The notes below the pieces were generated by a model. That model worked only from the letters and a program-made list of their open reading frames with translations. It did no database searches and was not told the origin of the DNA. Source: Callorhinchus milii (lineage: Eukaryota). From it: DNA of 64,000 bases. Numbering within the stretch: the stretch's first letter is position 1; each line of letters begins with the position of its first letter. A program made the position numbers and the translations under genes. Location of the stretch: NCBI RefSeq assembly GCF_018977255.1, contig NW_024704742.1:62312001-62376000 (forward strand), in the 5' to 3' direction. Below are positions 52,440-64,000 of the stretch, in pieces.

Positions 52440-52845
52440 GTGTTCACATTTGTGAGTTAGAAGATTGTGGATTTGGACTCCTTGTTGGGACTTTGAACTC
52501 ACAGTCTACACTGTCACACCAGTTTAGCGCTTTGGGTAGCACTGCATTACGGGAGGTGCCACCCTTTGGACGAGCTGTTAAATTGATCTTCTCCACCTGA
52601 TTAGATACATGTTAAAGGTCCCACCGCACTACTTGAAAAGAGACGGAGTTTCTCTCGCTATCCTGGCTAATAATTCCTCAGATAAAATTGGTCATTCACT
52701 TCATGGCTGTTTGTGGGACATTTCAGTGTACAATTAGCTGCTGCTTTCAAGTACACATTCACTGCAATTTACAGTAAATTCTGTGAAGTGCCTTGAGACA
52801 TTTCAATGATGTGTTAAAGCACAATATCAATGCAAGGATTATTTT
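52440..52845 (+). mobile_element. Deu-domain SINE, decayed
   Basis: Colinear with 57719-58108. Confidence 0.65.
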
Positions 52846-53499
52846 TATATTGTTTATGTGTTTGTGCAAGAAATACAAGATCATGAGCCAGGAGGACGGC
52901 AAACAAGTCCATATGAACACAAGATATTGAACAATGCTCAGATCTGTTAATCAGTTACAGTTTATCTGTCATATGGATGATCGATTGGAGGCAAATATTT
53001 GGACACCTCGATTACCATACCACAGTGATCAGTTACATATTAATATGAAGATCAGACTGCTGTGGAAATTACAGGAATTATCATACAATGCACATCTGCT
53101 GTATTATCTGTAGATTCATGTTTACAATTTTAAACTCAAGTAAGTTTTGAAGAACTCCTTTATTTTCAATTTCTACTTTTTGGTGAAATTTTGTGCTTAT
53201 CATGGTAAGGAATAACATTTGTGGGAAAAGGAACAGGTTTCATTTTTGAGCCACTGCCAATTAAACAATTCATATGTATATACTGTCTTTGGTAATGTGG
53301 CAGATAAACCTCCCTTCATTATTCCACTGTGCATTCCCCTACAAAATACACATTCGCTAAACCGTACCTGTGAAATTAAGTACCATGAAGTACTTTGAGA
53401 CTTTCTCCCTATGTTCCCAGGCAAAATCTGATCTTTAATATCCACCTGAACAGACAAACGGGACCTCGTTTAAACATGTCATCCGAAGGACGGCACCAA

Positions 53500-53860
53500 C
53501 AAGCCATTGTTCATGTGTGAGCTTGTTCAATTATGGGGTGAAGGCAACTGGATTTCAATCCTGCTTTCACTGACACGTATTCATTCATCCCTCCAGCTAG
53601 AATAATTGACTGAACTTTCCCCAACCCTACAGTATATAGTTTGGGACATGATATGTGACTGTGACTGTCAAGATGGTGGAAGGTGAACTGGATGGACTTT
53701 GGTCTTCTTTTACCTAACACATTCTCATGTTCTTATGTTTCTAACCCCAGGACATTAAGACAATTTGCAGTGCTTTTTTGTCTGAGTCAAGACAACTCGA
53801 TACAGAGTGGGGATGGAACCTGAGAACTCTCTGCTCTGCTTGTCTCACCTCACTGAATAA
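53500..53860 (-). mobile_element. Probable second old tRNA-SINE-like family (related piece at about 40300-40430 +)
   Basis: B-box-like caggttccatcccc on the minus strand and a shared gggttggggaa..tcagcc / caggatt motifs; heavily decayed. Confidence 0.35.
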
Positions 53861-55375
53861 AAGCACCGATGCCACTTCAAGTGATATGGCCAATTTGTGC
53901 TAAATTTAAGTTTGCTAATATCTACAGTAAAGAAAACTAGTTTGAGCAAGATTTTGCACATTTTTCCTCAGACATCAAAAAAAACAAGTAAACATTTTGA
54001 TGTTAGTAAGTCAAAGAAATATTCCGTTGCCCACAGCTCATTACTTCACCGCCTTGAATGTGGGCTGTTTGTTCGACTTCACAGCTGCTGCATAACAGAA
54101 TTTCCATCTCTGGAATCTGGTATAGGCTAAAAGAGGTTACGACTCATTTACACTGAGAACACGATCAGCAATAGATGTAGTTTTAATCACACTGCTACCA
54201 ATTTCACGAAGGGTATTTAGAGACTCAGCAATAAAGAAGCTGCAATTAGGTTCATTACTGGGTTAGGGAAATGAAAACTGGTCGTCCCGATTTATGTCTA
54301 GTGATCCCCACAGTTGAGGTTAGAATTGTGGGAATTGACTGTAATATCTCGACAACAACAACTTACATTTATATAGCACCTTTCACATCTGTAGGATGAT
54401 TCAAAATGATTCACACAACTGTCTTGGAGCCCAAACTGGAGTGGGGTGGGGGAAGAAGCAGGTGAAGCTAAGGAGGGTGGGGAGTGGATAGAGGTGACTG
54501 AAAGCACAGTTGAATAGATAAGTCTTGAGGCAAACTTAATCTTAAGGTAATACTAATCCTTGTTCAGATGTCTCAAAGCACTTCACCGAATATATTGTAA
54601 AATGGAATTGACAATATTTTGTGGGCAAAAGCCAATTGCGCACAGCAGTGTCCCACAAATATAATATAATAATAATAATAATCCTTGCATTTGATATAGT
54701 GCCTTGTCACGTCTTTGAGACATCTTAAAGCGCTTTGCAGAAAATACTGTAAAGTGAATTTACTGTATATTTTGTGGGTGAAACGCGATCCACCAATTGA
54801 CTAACAACCGGGTTCCTACTCACTGCTAGGTAAACGTAAGGAACCTTGCCTAAGGATTTACTTACACTGCCCTTGATTATATCACAACTAGTTACAATGC
54901 CAATATAACAATAACTTACACTTAGACAGTGCCTTTCACATCAGAAGGATGTCTCAAAACAAATCGGAAAACTGACTAAACATCCAAACTGCAGGTTGCT
55001 GAATGGGGAGGGGGGACAATTATGGTTAGTTGAAGTGATGGTGGAGGAGATGAGGAGGGTGGAGAGAGGTAAAAAAAGATCGAAAAGGAAGGTTGAAGAG
55101 ATATATTTCAAGGCAGGTTTTGAAAGCTGGGAAGAAGGGGACTAGGTAGAGAGATTCCAGAGTTCCAGAGAACATGGGCAATACCCCAGCTGACACAGGA
55201 CGGATTAACAGTTAGGCAAGGTGCCAGAAGGTGGCTGACCTTGGGTATCCATAACCCAGCATATCAAGACCTTCAGGAAAGGACAGGAGGAAAGTGATAA
55301 GAAAAAAACATTTACAGTTTGACTGTATTTAATTATCAAGTAGTTGATACAGTGCCTATAAGATCAAAACCACAA

Positions 55376-55800
55376 AAACAACAACAAAATTACATTTGTA
55401 TAGTGCCTTTCACGTAGGGAGGATGTCCCAAGGCGCTGGACAATCAATGTTTCGGACCTGAGCTGGGGGTCGGGATCAGGGAGGGTGGAGGGCAGGAGAG
55501 GAAGGAGGGTGATCAAAGGCATGGTCAAAGAGGAGGGTCTTGAAATGGGTCTTGAATGAGGCAACAGAGGGGGCGAGGCAGAGGGACTGTGGGATGGAGT
55601 TCCAGAGGATGGGGGCAGAGTGGTCGAAGGCTCGCTCGCCAATGGTGAGGCGGGTGAGGCGGGGATGTGAAGCAGGCTGGAGCCCGCTGAGCAGAGGGAG
55701 CGGGCAGGTTGTTAGGGTGTTAGGAGGTCACAGAGGTAGGGGGAGCGAGGCCATGGATGGCTTTGAAGGTGAGGACCAGGATTTTGAACTGTATCCTCTT
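55376..55800 (-). mobile_element. L2 3' fragment
   Basis: Colinear with the 56147-57022 tail region. Confidence 0.88.
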
Positions 55801-56146
55801 TTCAATTAGTGTCATCGGATCCTTCATATCTACTTGAACAGGCAAACAGGGTGCTGGGTTGACGTCCCATCAGAAGGACAGCATCTCCGACATTACAGCG
55901 CTTCCCCCAGCGCCATGCTGGCATGTCAGCCTAAATTTTGAATTCAAAGTCCCAACATGGGACTTGATCCTACAACCTTAAGCCACAAGTGTTCGAAGAC
56001 TTTATCCTGCCTAAGGAGCACTATATTCAAGCTGTTATTGCTGTTATGGTCACACAAACTGAATCAGGTTGTCAGGAATTAAAGTACGAACTAATCAAAT
56101 GGACAAAGAATTGTGAATTGCAAGATTCACAAAATGTTTGTACAGA

Positions 56147-57022
56147 CAACAACAAAATTACATTTGTAAAACGCCTTTCACGTCGGGAGGATGTCCCAAG
56201 CCACTGGACAGACAGAGTTTTGGACACGAGCTGGGAGTTGGGATCAGGGAGGGTGGAGGGCATTGGGGGAAGCAGGGAGATTGAAAGCACAGTCGAAGAG
56301 GAGGGTCTTGAGATGGGTCTTGAAGGAGGCTGGTAGGTGGGTAGGTGGTTAGGAGGTCAGAGAAGTATAGGGTGGAGCAAGACCATGGTTGGCTTTGAAG
56401 GTGAAGACCAGGATCTTGAACTGTATCCTCTGTGTGATGGGAAGCCAGTGGAGTTGGGCAAGGATGGGGGTGATAGGGTCATGGAGCCTGTTGCAGGAGA
56501 GGACATGGGCTGCAGAGTTCTAGATGACCTGCAGCCTGTGGAGGGAGAGGTTGGGGAAGCCGACAAGCAATGAGTTTGCATTGTCAAGCCTCGATGTAAT
56601 GAAAGCATGTATGAGGGTTTCTGCGTCCTGTGGTGTGAGACAATGGCGGAGAGAGCGATGTTGCGAAGGTGGGGGAAGGCAGAATGGGTCATGGCGCAGA
56701 TGTGGGGTAGAAATAATAGTTGAGGGTCAAACAAGACCCCAAGGTTCCAGACTGACTTAGCAAGATGGAATGAACAACCATGGATGGTGATGCTGTCAGT
56801 GCCTGAGGTGAGAAGACAATGACGGGAGCTAATCAGGAGGGCCTCGGTCTTGTTGACATTCAACTGAAGAAATTTAGCTCTCATCCAGGACTTGATGTCC
56901 GACAGACATTCTGTCAGGACACCAGTGATCCATGAGTCAAGGGTAGAGGCAGAGAGATAGATGTGGGTGTCATCCACATACATATAGAAGTTGACCCCAT
57001 GTTTGCGGATGATGTCACCAAG
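56147..57022 (-). mobile_element. 5'-truncated L2 LINE
   Basis: LGDIIRKHGVNFYMYVDDTHIYL, with a (CAA)n tail at left. Confidence 0.92.
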
Positions 57023-57718
57023 AGAATACAGAATTCTGCACATACATAATTCATGTTGGTGTAGACTGACCCACTGGAACTCTGCTCAGAAAACAAACTA
57101 AATTTCTGTGATGCTGGGTTATGGCCTAAGGATGTTCCTGTTGATCAAGGCATTCAGTTCAAATAAATAGTTATTTATTACTTCCCTATCTCCCTTGAAT
57201 TGTCATTGCAATTCGTACCTCTCACCAAATGCCTCTGTAACCCTCATTCTTAATAATAGACCTTGCATTTGATATAGCGTCTTATCATGTCATCGAGATG
57301 TCTCAAAGCACTTCACAAGATATACTGTACTCCTCTCCTCAGATACAACACCCTCAAGTTCAGATCGTCCAAAACCCCACTGCCCACATCCCCACCTGTA
57401 TCAAACTCTCCATGCCCATCACTCCAATCCTTACTCGACTGCACTGACTTCAAGATCCTCACCATACAGATCTCTGCATGCCCTCGCACCTCAATAACTT
57501 GCTGATCTCTTCGTACATTACTCCTCTGCCTGCCCCTTGCTCAGCTAGCACAGGCCAGCTGCATATCTCCTAACCTTCATCTACTACAAGCGCTCTGAGA
57601 CGCCACATAAGTGCAATTTGTTGTACTTCGTCCCTGACCTCTGGAACTCCCTGCCTCAATTCCTCCGCCTCACTTCCTCTTTATTCCTCCTCTCCCCCAA
57701 TTGTCCCCTCTTTATGTT

Positions 57719-58108
57719 TGTCAGCCTGGCTCAGTTGGTAGCAATCATGTCTCTGAGTCAGAAGGTTGTGGTTTCAAGCCTCCCATCAAGACTTGGAACC
57801 CATAAAGCCTGAACTGACACTCCAATGCAGTGTTGGAGTGTGTTGCATTGTCAGAGGTGCTGTCTTCGGATGAGATGTTAAACCGATGCCCCATTTGCCT
57901 CTTCAGCTGAATATTAAAGATCCCATGGCACTATTAGAGAAGGGAATTTCTCCTGGTATTCTGGACAACAATCTTCCAATAAAAAAATTGATCGTTCACT
58001 TCATGGTTGTTTGCAAATTGACCATTTACAGTATATCCTGTGAAGTGCTTAGGGACGCTTCCCAACATGAAAAGCACTATATCAAATGTAAGGATCATTA
58101 TTATTGTT
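57719..58108 (+). mobile_element. Old Deu-domain SINE (SacSINE1/AmnSINE1-like), best preserved copy
   Basis: Head ggctcagttggtagc...gaaggttgtggtttcaag, central gttaaaccga...aaagatcccatggcacta...tcctgg motif recalled from DeuSINEs, and L2-type tail. Confidence 0.75.
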
Positions 58109-58146
58109 ATCTTTAAATTCCACCTTAAACAGTCCTGTAGCATATT

Positions 58147-58449
58147 GTGGAGTCCTGTAGCTCAGTGGTTAGAGCACTCGCCTTGCATGTGAGACACCTG
58201 TTCAATTCCAGGCAGGGCGAAACCTTGGGCAAGTTTCCTTACGCCACACGCCTAATAATAATCCCTCCAAAGCAAAACAATAATAAATTGGTCATTTTCA
58301 ATCCACGACTGTTTGTGGGACACTGCTGTGCGCAATTGGCTGCCGCGTTATACAGTCAATTCACTTTACAGTCTATTCTGTGAAGCGCTTTGAGACGTCG
58401 AGAAGATATGAAAAGCGCTATATCAAATGCAAGGAATATTATTTTTATT
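58147..58449 (+). mobile_element. Short-subfamily SINE nested in the head of a long-subfamily SINE
   Basis: Flanked by agtcctgtagcatatt on the left and ggtagagcgctcgcc on the right, which rejoin to give a SINE A-box region. Confidence 0.8.
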
Positions 58450-58798
58450 GGTAGAGCGCTCGCCTTGCAAGCGAGCGGACCCGGGTGCGATTCCCCTGCA
58501 GAGCGAAACCTTAGGGCGAAAGTTTTCTTACTCCATACACCTCTGTTCACTTAGCAATAAGTAGGATCCTGCTTGTTAGTCAAATGGCAGATTGTTTTCC
58601 AGGAGTAATAATCGCTTGAAAAAAAATTTAGTCACTCAATCCATGACTGTTTGTGGGACAGTGCTGTGTACAATTGGCTGCTGCATTTCACCCTCAAAAT
58701 ATACAGTCAATTCACTTTACAGTATATTCTGTGAAGAGCTTTGAAACGCCTCAAAGACATGATAAACCGCTATATCAAATGCAAGGATTATTATTATT
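58450..58798 (+). mobile_element. tRNA-Ala SINE, long (older) subfamily, remainder after the nested insertion
   Basis: Carries the extra cctctgttcacttagcaataagtagg...gttagtc segment that short copies lack. Confidence 0.8.
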
Positions 58799-58918
58799 GT
58801 TAAGACCTATGTCTTTGATCGTGCCTGTGATCACTTCTCCTTCCTTTGTGCAACGCTCCAAGATATTATTCTCTGTGAAATGCATCTTAAAAATGCAAGT
58901 TATTGTTGTTTATTTACT

Positions 58919-59230
58919 TCCTGTAGCTCAGTGGTTAGAGCACTCGCTTTGCAAGTGAGAGACCTGAGTTCAAATTCCAGGCAGAGGGCGAAACCTTGGG
59001 CAAGTTTCCTTACTCCACACGCCTAATAATAATCCCTCCAAAACCAAAAACAATAATAAATTGGTCATTTTCAATCTACGACTGTTTGTGGGACATTGCT
59101 GTGCGCAATTGGCTGCCGCGTTCGCCCACAAATATACAGTCAATTCACTTTACAGTGTGTTCTGTGAAGCGCTTTGGGACGTCCTCCCGACGTGAAAAGC
59201 TCTATATTAAATGCAAGGATTATTATTATT
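58919..59230 (+). mobile_element. tRNA-Ala-derived SINE, short subfamily
   Basis: Near-identical to the 47203-47527 copy. Confidence 0.92.
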
Positions 59231-60379
59231 CCTTGAATAATGAGGCAGGGAAGGGAACTCAACTGGCTGTTGGTTGAAATAAGTCCAGTTCCTGTCTATT
59301 AGATTTGACACTGACTTTGACACTTTGTGGCTCTTCACCCCCCACTCCGACTTCCGATATATACAGAGGTTTCCAGGCATGTTGGATGCAGACACACACA
59401 GATGAATTTCATTGTACTAACCCACTGAAGCTCCCGCTATTTTAAGAAATGACCTCAGATCAATCAAGTTCACTCTCGTAACATGGCAGAACAGCAGGGT
59501 CCCTCAAACCACTGAACCATTCTGAAACTCTGTCTGCTGGGGAAAGGGGCGGGGGAGGGGGGAGGAAGGAAGAGAGTACGAAGTATTAAATCATTTAAAA
59601 TGCTAGCATTTTACTTGCATTTGGCCTACAATTGTCTCATCCTGCTTTAAATACCATTGGATACCAGTTTACTGCCTAACTGGTCTATTCCGGCTTTGGC
59701 TGGAATTTTTAACAGTGTTTAAACCTTATTAGGCCATCGAAGCAATTAGACATTAACTCATTCTTTGCTGGTGTCTGATTATCAAGGCATTCTTTCCCTC
59801 CCCACCACCCCTCCTCCCCCGCTCGCCCCCGACTGAGCAGCAATTCTGAGTCTAAAGATGTAGTGAACTGAAAATCCTCCAGCAAGCTGCTGTTACATGA
59901 ATGCAGATCACAGAATTGCAGATTGCTCATAGTGATTTTGTTCTGTACAATTCATGTCAGCCTGCTCCACTGTGACCTAATCGAAATGGACCAGAAATCC
60001 TAAAATTTTACTAGCGTATCATATTTACTCAGGTATAGCAGATTTTAGGAAGTTTGTATGGGGGAAAGGAACTTTACTGCGATTCTAAGGCACATCCTTT
60101 TCATTTAGAGAAATGGCAAATTCTTTTACATATTACAACTAAAAAATGCATGTCTGATTTACTTTAACTTAGTCTGTGTTGATCACATTGACTATTAAAT
60201 TCAAGGATTATTATTATTTCTCTCTCTTCTGTTTTTCTTGTTCTGTTTCTCTCCCTCACATTCTGTGTGTCTCTCATTCTCTATTTCTCTCTCGTATTTT
60301 CTGTTTGTGTCCCCCAAATTCATCATTTCCTTTTCTCTCATTCTCTGTTAATAACTCCGTCTCTGTCTTTCAATCTTTT

Positions 60380-61460
60380 TAGCACGCCCATCACCCCAAT
60401 TCTTACCAGGCTTCACTGGCTCTCTGGCTTTGAACAGATTGATTTCAAGGCCTTTTCTCTCACATACAAATCACTTCATGCACTAACACACTCTTATCTG
60501 ATTTCCGCGAACTTCACTCCTCCGCTCACCCCATAAATCCTCCACTTCCTCCGCATCACCATTGGGACAGAGACTTCAGTCATGATGCCTTCAACCTCTG
60601 GAACTCGCTGCCTTTTACCTCTTTGACTGACTTACTCCCCAACCCATTACCTGTTAACTCCACTTGTTGCCCTTTGTTCCACCATCAGTGGCCGCACTTC
60701 CAGCCAGTACGCCGCAAGACTCTGGAACGCACTTCCTCTATCCCTCCGCCTTGCTCCTTCCTTCCCCACCTTGAGTTCACCCCTAAAGTTCTTCCTCTTC
60801 AACTATGCCTACGGTCAACCTCTCCCGGTTCGCCGTCGTGCTCCGCCACTGTCAAGCGCTCTGAGACACTACCCTGTGTAAGGGATACTATATAAATGCA
60901 AGTAGTTGTTGTGGTTGTTACCTCCATCCTTCCTTCTCAGCCTCGCTCTTCTTCAAATTACAACTTAAAACCTACCTCTTCAACCATGTCTCTGTTCACC
61001 TCCCATCCCCTGTTACTTCTAGCGGTGTCCAAACCTACCATTTGAAGATCTCTGAGATGTTATCCTATGTGAAAGACACTATATAAATGCACGTTGTTGT
61101 ATTTGTCTCAGTTTTCTCTATGTCTCCAACAACAACAAAGCCCATTGATCTAGATCCCCTCAGATAAAATCATATCTCGGAGCCCTTTATGATGACAGGG
61201 CTGACGCCAAGTAGCCTGGAGGAAGGAGAGGAAAGGTGACTGTGTGTGTGGGGGAAGAGGTAGGTTTTAAGCTGGGGCTTGAATACAGATGGATTGGGTC
61301 GAAGGAGAGAGTTTGATAGGTTGGGGGTGTAGAATTAGAAAGTTGGCCACTGATGGTCGGGTGTGGCATGCATATCAAGTCTGAGTTACCCAAATAGAGG
61401 GGCTGAGCAGAGGAGTGGGGGAGGAAGGCATCAGAGAGGGAGGGAGGTTCTGGGGTATGC
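60380..61460. mobile_element. Cluster of old L2 3' fragments in both orientations
   Basis: PITPILTRLHWL remnant and several stem-loop tails. Confidence 0.7.
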
Positions 61461-62814
61461 ATGGCTGGAATGCTGGGTTGTGCTGCATTGACGGAGGTGC
61501 TGTTTGTACAACAAAAATCCTGTAAAATATTTTGAGACTTTCTCACTGACATAGTGAGGTGCTACATTAAATGCAAATCTATTATTATTATGAGTATATT
61601 ATATTTTCACACACAGAGAGTTGTGCCGGGAGCAGTGCTTGAGGCAGAATCCTCAAAAGGGAACTAGATAGATATCTGAAAGGGAGTAGTAAGCTGCAGG
61701 GGTTTGGGGTAAGAGGACTGAAAAAATTGCTCTTTAAAGAGTCAGCACAGACACGATGGGCTGAATGGGCCTTCTTCTGTGTTGTACAATTCCACGGTTC
61801 TGGACACCTTTTCCATTGTGTCCCCTTATGTATGAAGAGTTTCCTGGATTCTACTCAGTGCATTTCTGCATCAGCAAGGCTGAGATCAGCAAGCAAACAG
61901 AGCAGACTCTGAGCCTGTAACTCCTATGAGACAACAAAACCAACAAGTGTAGGGAACTGTATGACTGCACACATTTTATCCCTTGAGTTACTGGGATTAA
62001 ATATCAATACTGGATGCATTGAAACACAACTTTGTACCTGCAAAAATACTCCAACAAACTTTTATATTGAATAATATACACAGGATTAAAAAGCATACAA
62101 TAATGGCAGGAAGCATAAAATAAAAATAAATGAAAAAAGGGCCTCTTCCCATTACATATGTTTAACACTATTAAAAATCATTATTTGGCTTCCTCAAATA
62201 AATAATAATTGTTGCTTTTCATATAGTGCCTAAAATATCAAACTGTTGCAATGCACTTTGGAAGTAATTAAGTGTTATGATTATGTATTTATACCCAGTG
62301 CCTATGATCACCTCTCCTCTGTCCCTAGCTGCACGCATGAGCAGTGAAACTGGCTTTCACATCTTCAGCGCTCTGAGATGCTACCCCATCTGATGGGTGC
62401 TATATTAAAGCAAGTTGTTGTTATCATGAGAGGTTGGGATGCTATAGATATCAATCATAGCCTTTTACTGCTGTATGTCTTATCTGAAGGACAGCGACTG
62501 TGACAATGCAGCACTCCCTCAATGCCACACCACAATGGCAGTCTAGTCCAGGAGCTCAGAGTCCCACTATGGAGGCTGAACCTTCTAATCCAGAGGCAAG
62601 AAGGTTACTCATTAAGCCGAACTGATACTACTGTCAGGTGTATGAAAAAAATCAGTATGAACATGTAGAGGTAACAGAGTTACATGGAGATGTGGTGAAT
62701 GAAGGCCAGGAGTTGTCAATTCAGGGACAGAGCATGGAGTCGGCTGGCACAGCACGTAATGGCATACCAGCCAGTGATCAAACACTGTTTCAGCAACAAC
62801 AACTTGCATTTATA

Positions 62815-63098
62815 ATAATAATCCTTGCATTCGATATTTTGTAGGAGAAACGCGGCAGCCAATTGAACACAACAGTGTCCCACAAACAATTGTGGATTGA
62901 ATGAACAAATTATTATCAATTTTTTAACAAATTATTAGTCCAGGATAGCGCTCTTCCAATTGTCTAATAACCTGGTTCCTACTTACTGCTAGATAAACAG
63001 AAGCATGTGCAGTAACAAAACTTGCCTAAGGTTTTGCCTGTCCAGGAATTGAACCCGCTTGTGAAGCGAATATTCTAACCAATACGCTACAGACTCCA
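62815..63098 (-). mobile_element. tRNA-Ala SINE, long subfamily, decayed
   Basis: Similar to 42909-43278 with internal deletions. Confidence 0.7.
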
Positions 63099-63138
63099 TT
63101 TTACATAGGGTGCTTCACGGGGGTAGCATGTCAGAGCA

Positions 63139-63852
63139 CAACAACAACAAGATTGCATTTATAGAGCGCCTTTCACGTCGGAAGGACATACCAAGGCGCT
63201 GGACAGTTGGGTCGGGACCCGAGCAGGAGGGAAATGGTCAGGGTGAGGGGAGGGAAGGGAGGGAGCGAGGAGGCGGAAGAGAGTCGAGAGGGGAGCTGAA
63301 GGCACTGCTGAAGAGAAAGATCTTGAGACCGGCCTTGAAGGAGGAAAGGGAGGAGGCGGCGAAGGCACTGGGGGATGGAGTTCCAGAGCCTAGTGGCTGA
63401 GAGGCTGAAGGTCCGGCCACCGATGGTAGGGCAGTTGGGGCGGGGGACATGGAGCAGACCGGAGCCAGAGGAACGGAGGGTACGGGCAGGTAAGTAGGGG
63501 GATAGTAGGTCGGAGAGGTAGGAGGGAGCAAGGCCGTGAATGGCCTTGTAGGTGAGGATGAGGATCTTGAAATCGATCCTCTGGGGATGAGGAGCCAGTG
63601 GAGGCGAGCGAGGGTGGGAGTGATGTGGTCCTGGTGCGGGACAGTACACGAGCTGCAGAGTTCTGAATGACCTGCAGTGTGGAGGGAGGTGGCGGGAAGG
63701 CCGACGAGGAGAGAGATCTCATAGTCCAGCCTTGAGGTGATAAAGGCGTGGACCAGAGTTTCAGCCGCGTGAGGGGTGAGGTAGTGCCGTAGTTTGGCGA
63801 TGTTCCGGAGGAGGTGGAAGGCGGTGCCAGTTGTGGCGCGGATGTGGGGAAG
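63139..63852 (-). mobile_element. 5'-truncated L2 LINE
   Basis: AETLVHAFITSRLDY and ITPTLARLHWL, with a (CAA)n tail. Confidence 0.92.
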
Positions 63853-64000
63853 AAAGCACAAAGGTGCTCATCAGGTCTTAAAAGAATCAACAGAATGAGA
63901 GAACATACCCTACACTTGCTTTTAATATATGAGCATCAAATACACACAAAAGAAGTTCAGCCGGTGAGTGTGGGGGAAGGGGTTGCTTCTGCAGTCAGCT

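Noticed and set aside
38906..64000. Further upstream GALNTL6 exons (expected IRNVAANLC...WSHEQ)
   Set aside because: Not found by eye on the minus strand; probably beyond the right edge, though a diverged short exon could have been missed.

Overview
Eukaryotic vertebrate genomic DNA, most likely a cartilaginous fish. The repeat families suggest a chimaera/elephant-shark type genome, but this is inference from recalled consensus sequences. Two Golgi polypeptide GalNAc-transferase genes lie in tandem on the minus strand. The last two coding exons of GALNTL6 (38756-38905 and 33910-34077, ricin-type lectin domain) and its 3'UTR come first, followed about 23 kb downstream by the CpG-island promoter and first coding exon of GALNT7 (9581-9706). 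This is the same order as in human. The rest is intron and intergenic DNA dense in retroposons: 5'-truncated L2 LINEs, at least three generations of tRNA-derived SINEs sharing the L2 3' stem-loop (Deu-domain related), CR1 3' fragments, hAT-type MITEs, a Penelope-like palindromic remnant with a decayed hammerhead motif, and an unclassified non-coding dispersed repeat. GALNT7 intron 1 opens with a G-rich 14-mer minisatellite and a long polypurine tract. I found no CRISPR array, operon or clearly novel protein-coding system. Nearly all ORFs in the track are repeat or low-complexity artefacts. Repeat boundaries were read by eye and are approximate; exon boundaries were checked base by base.
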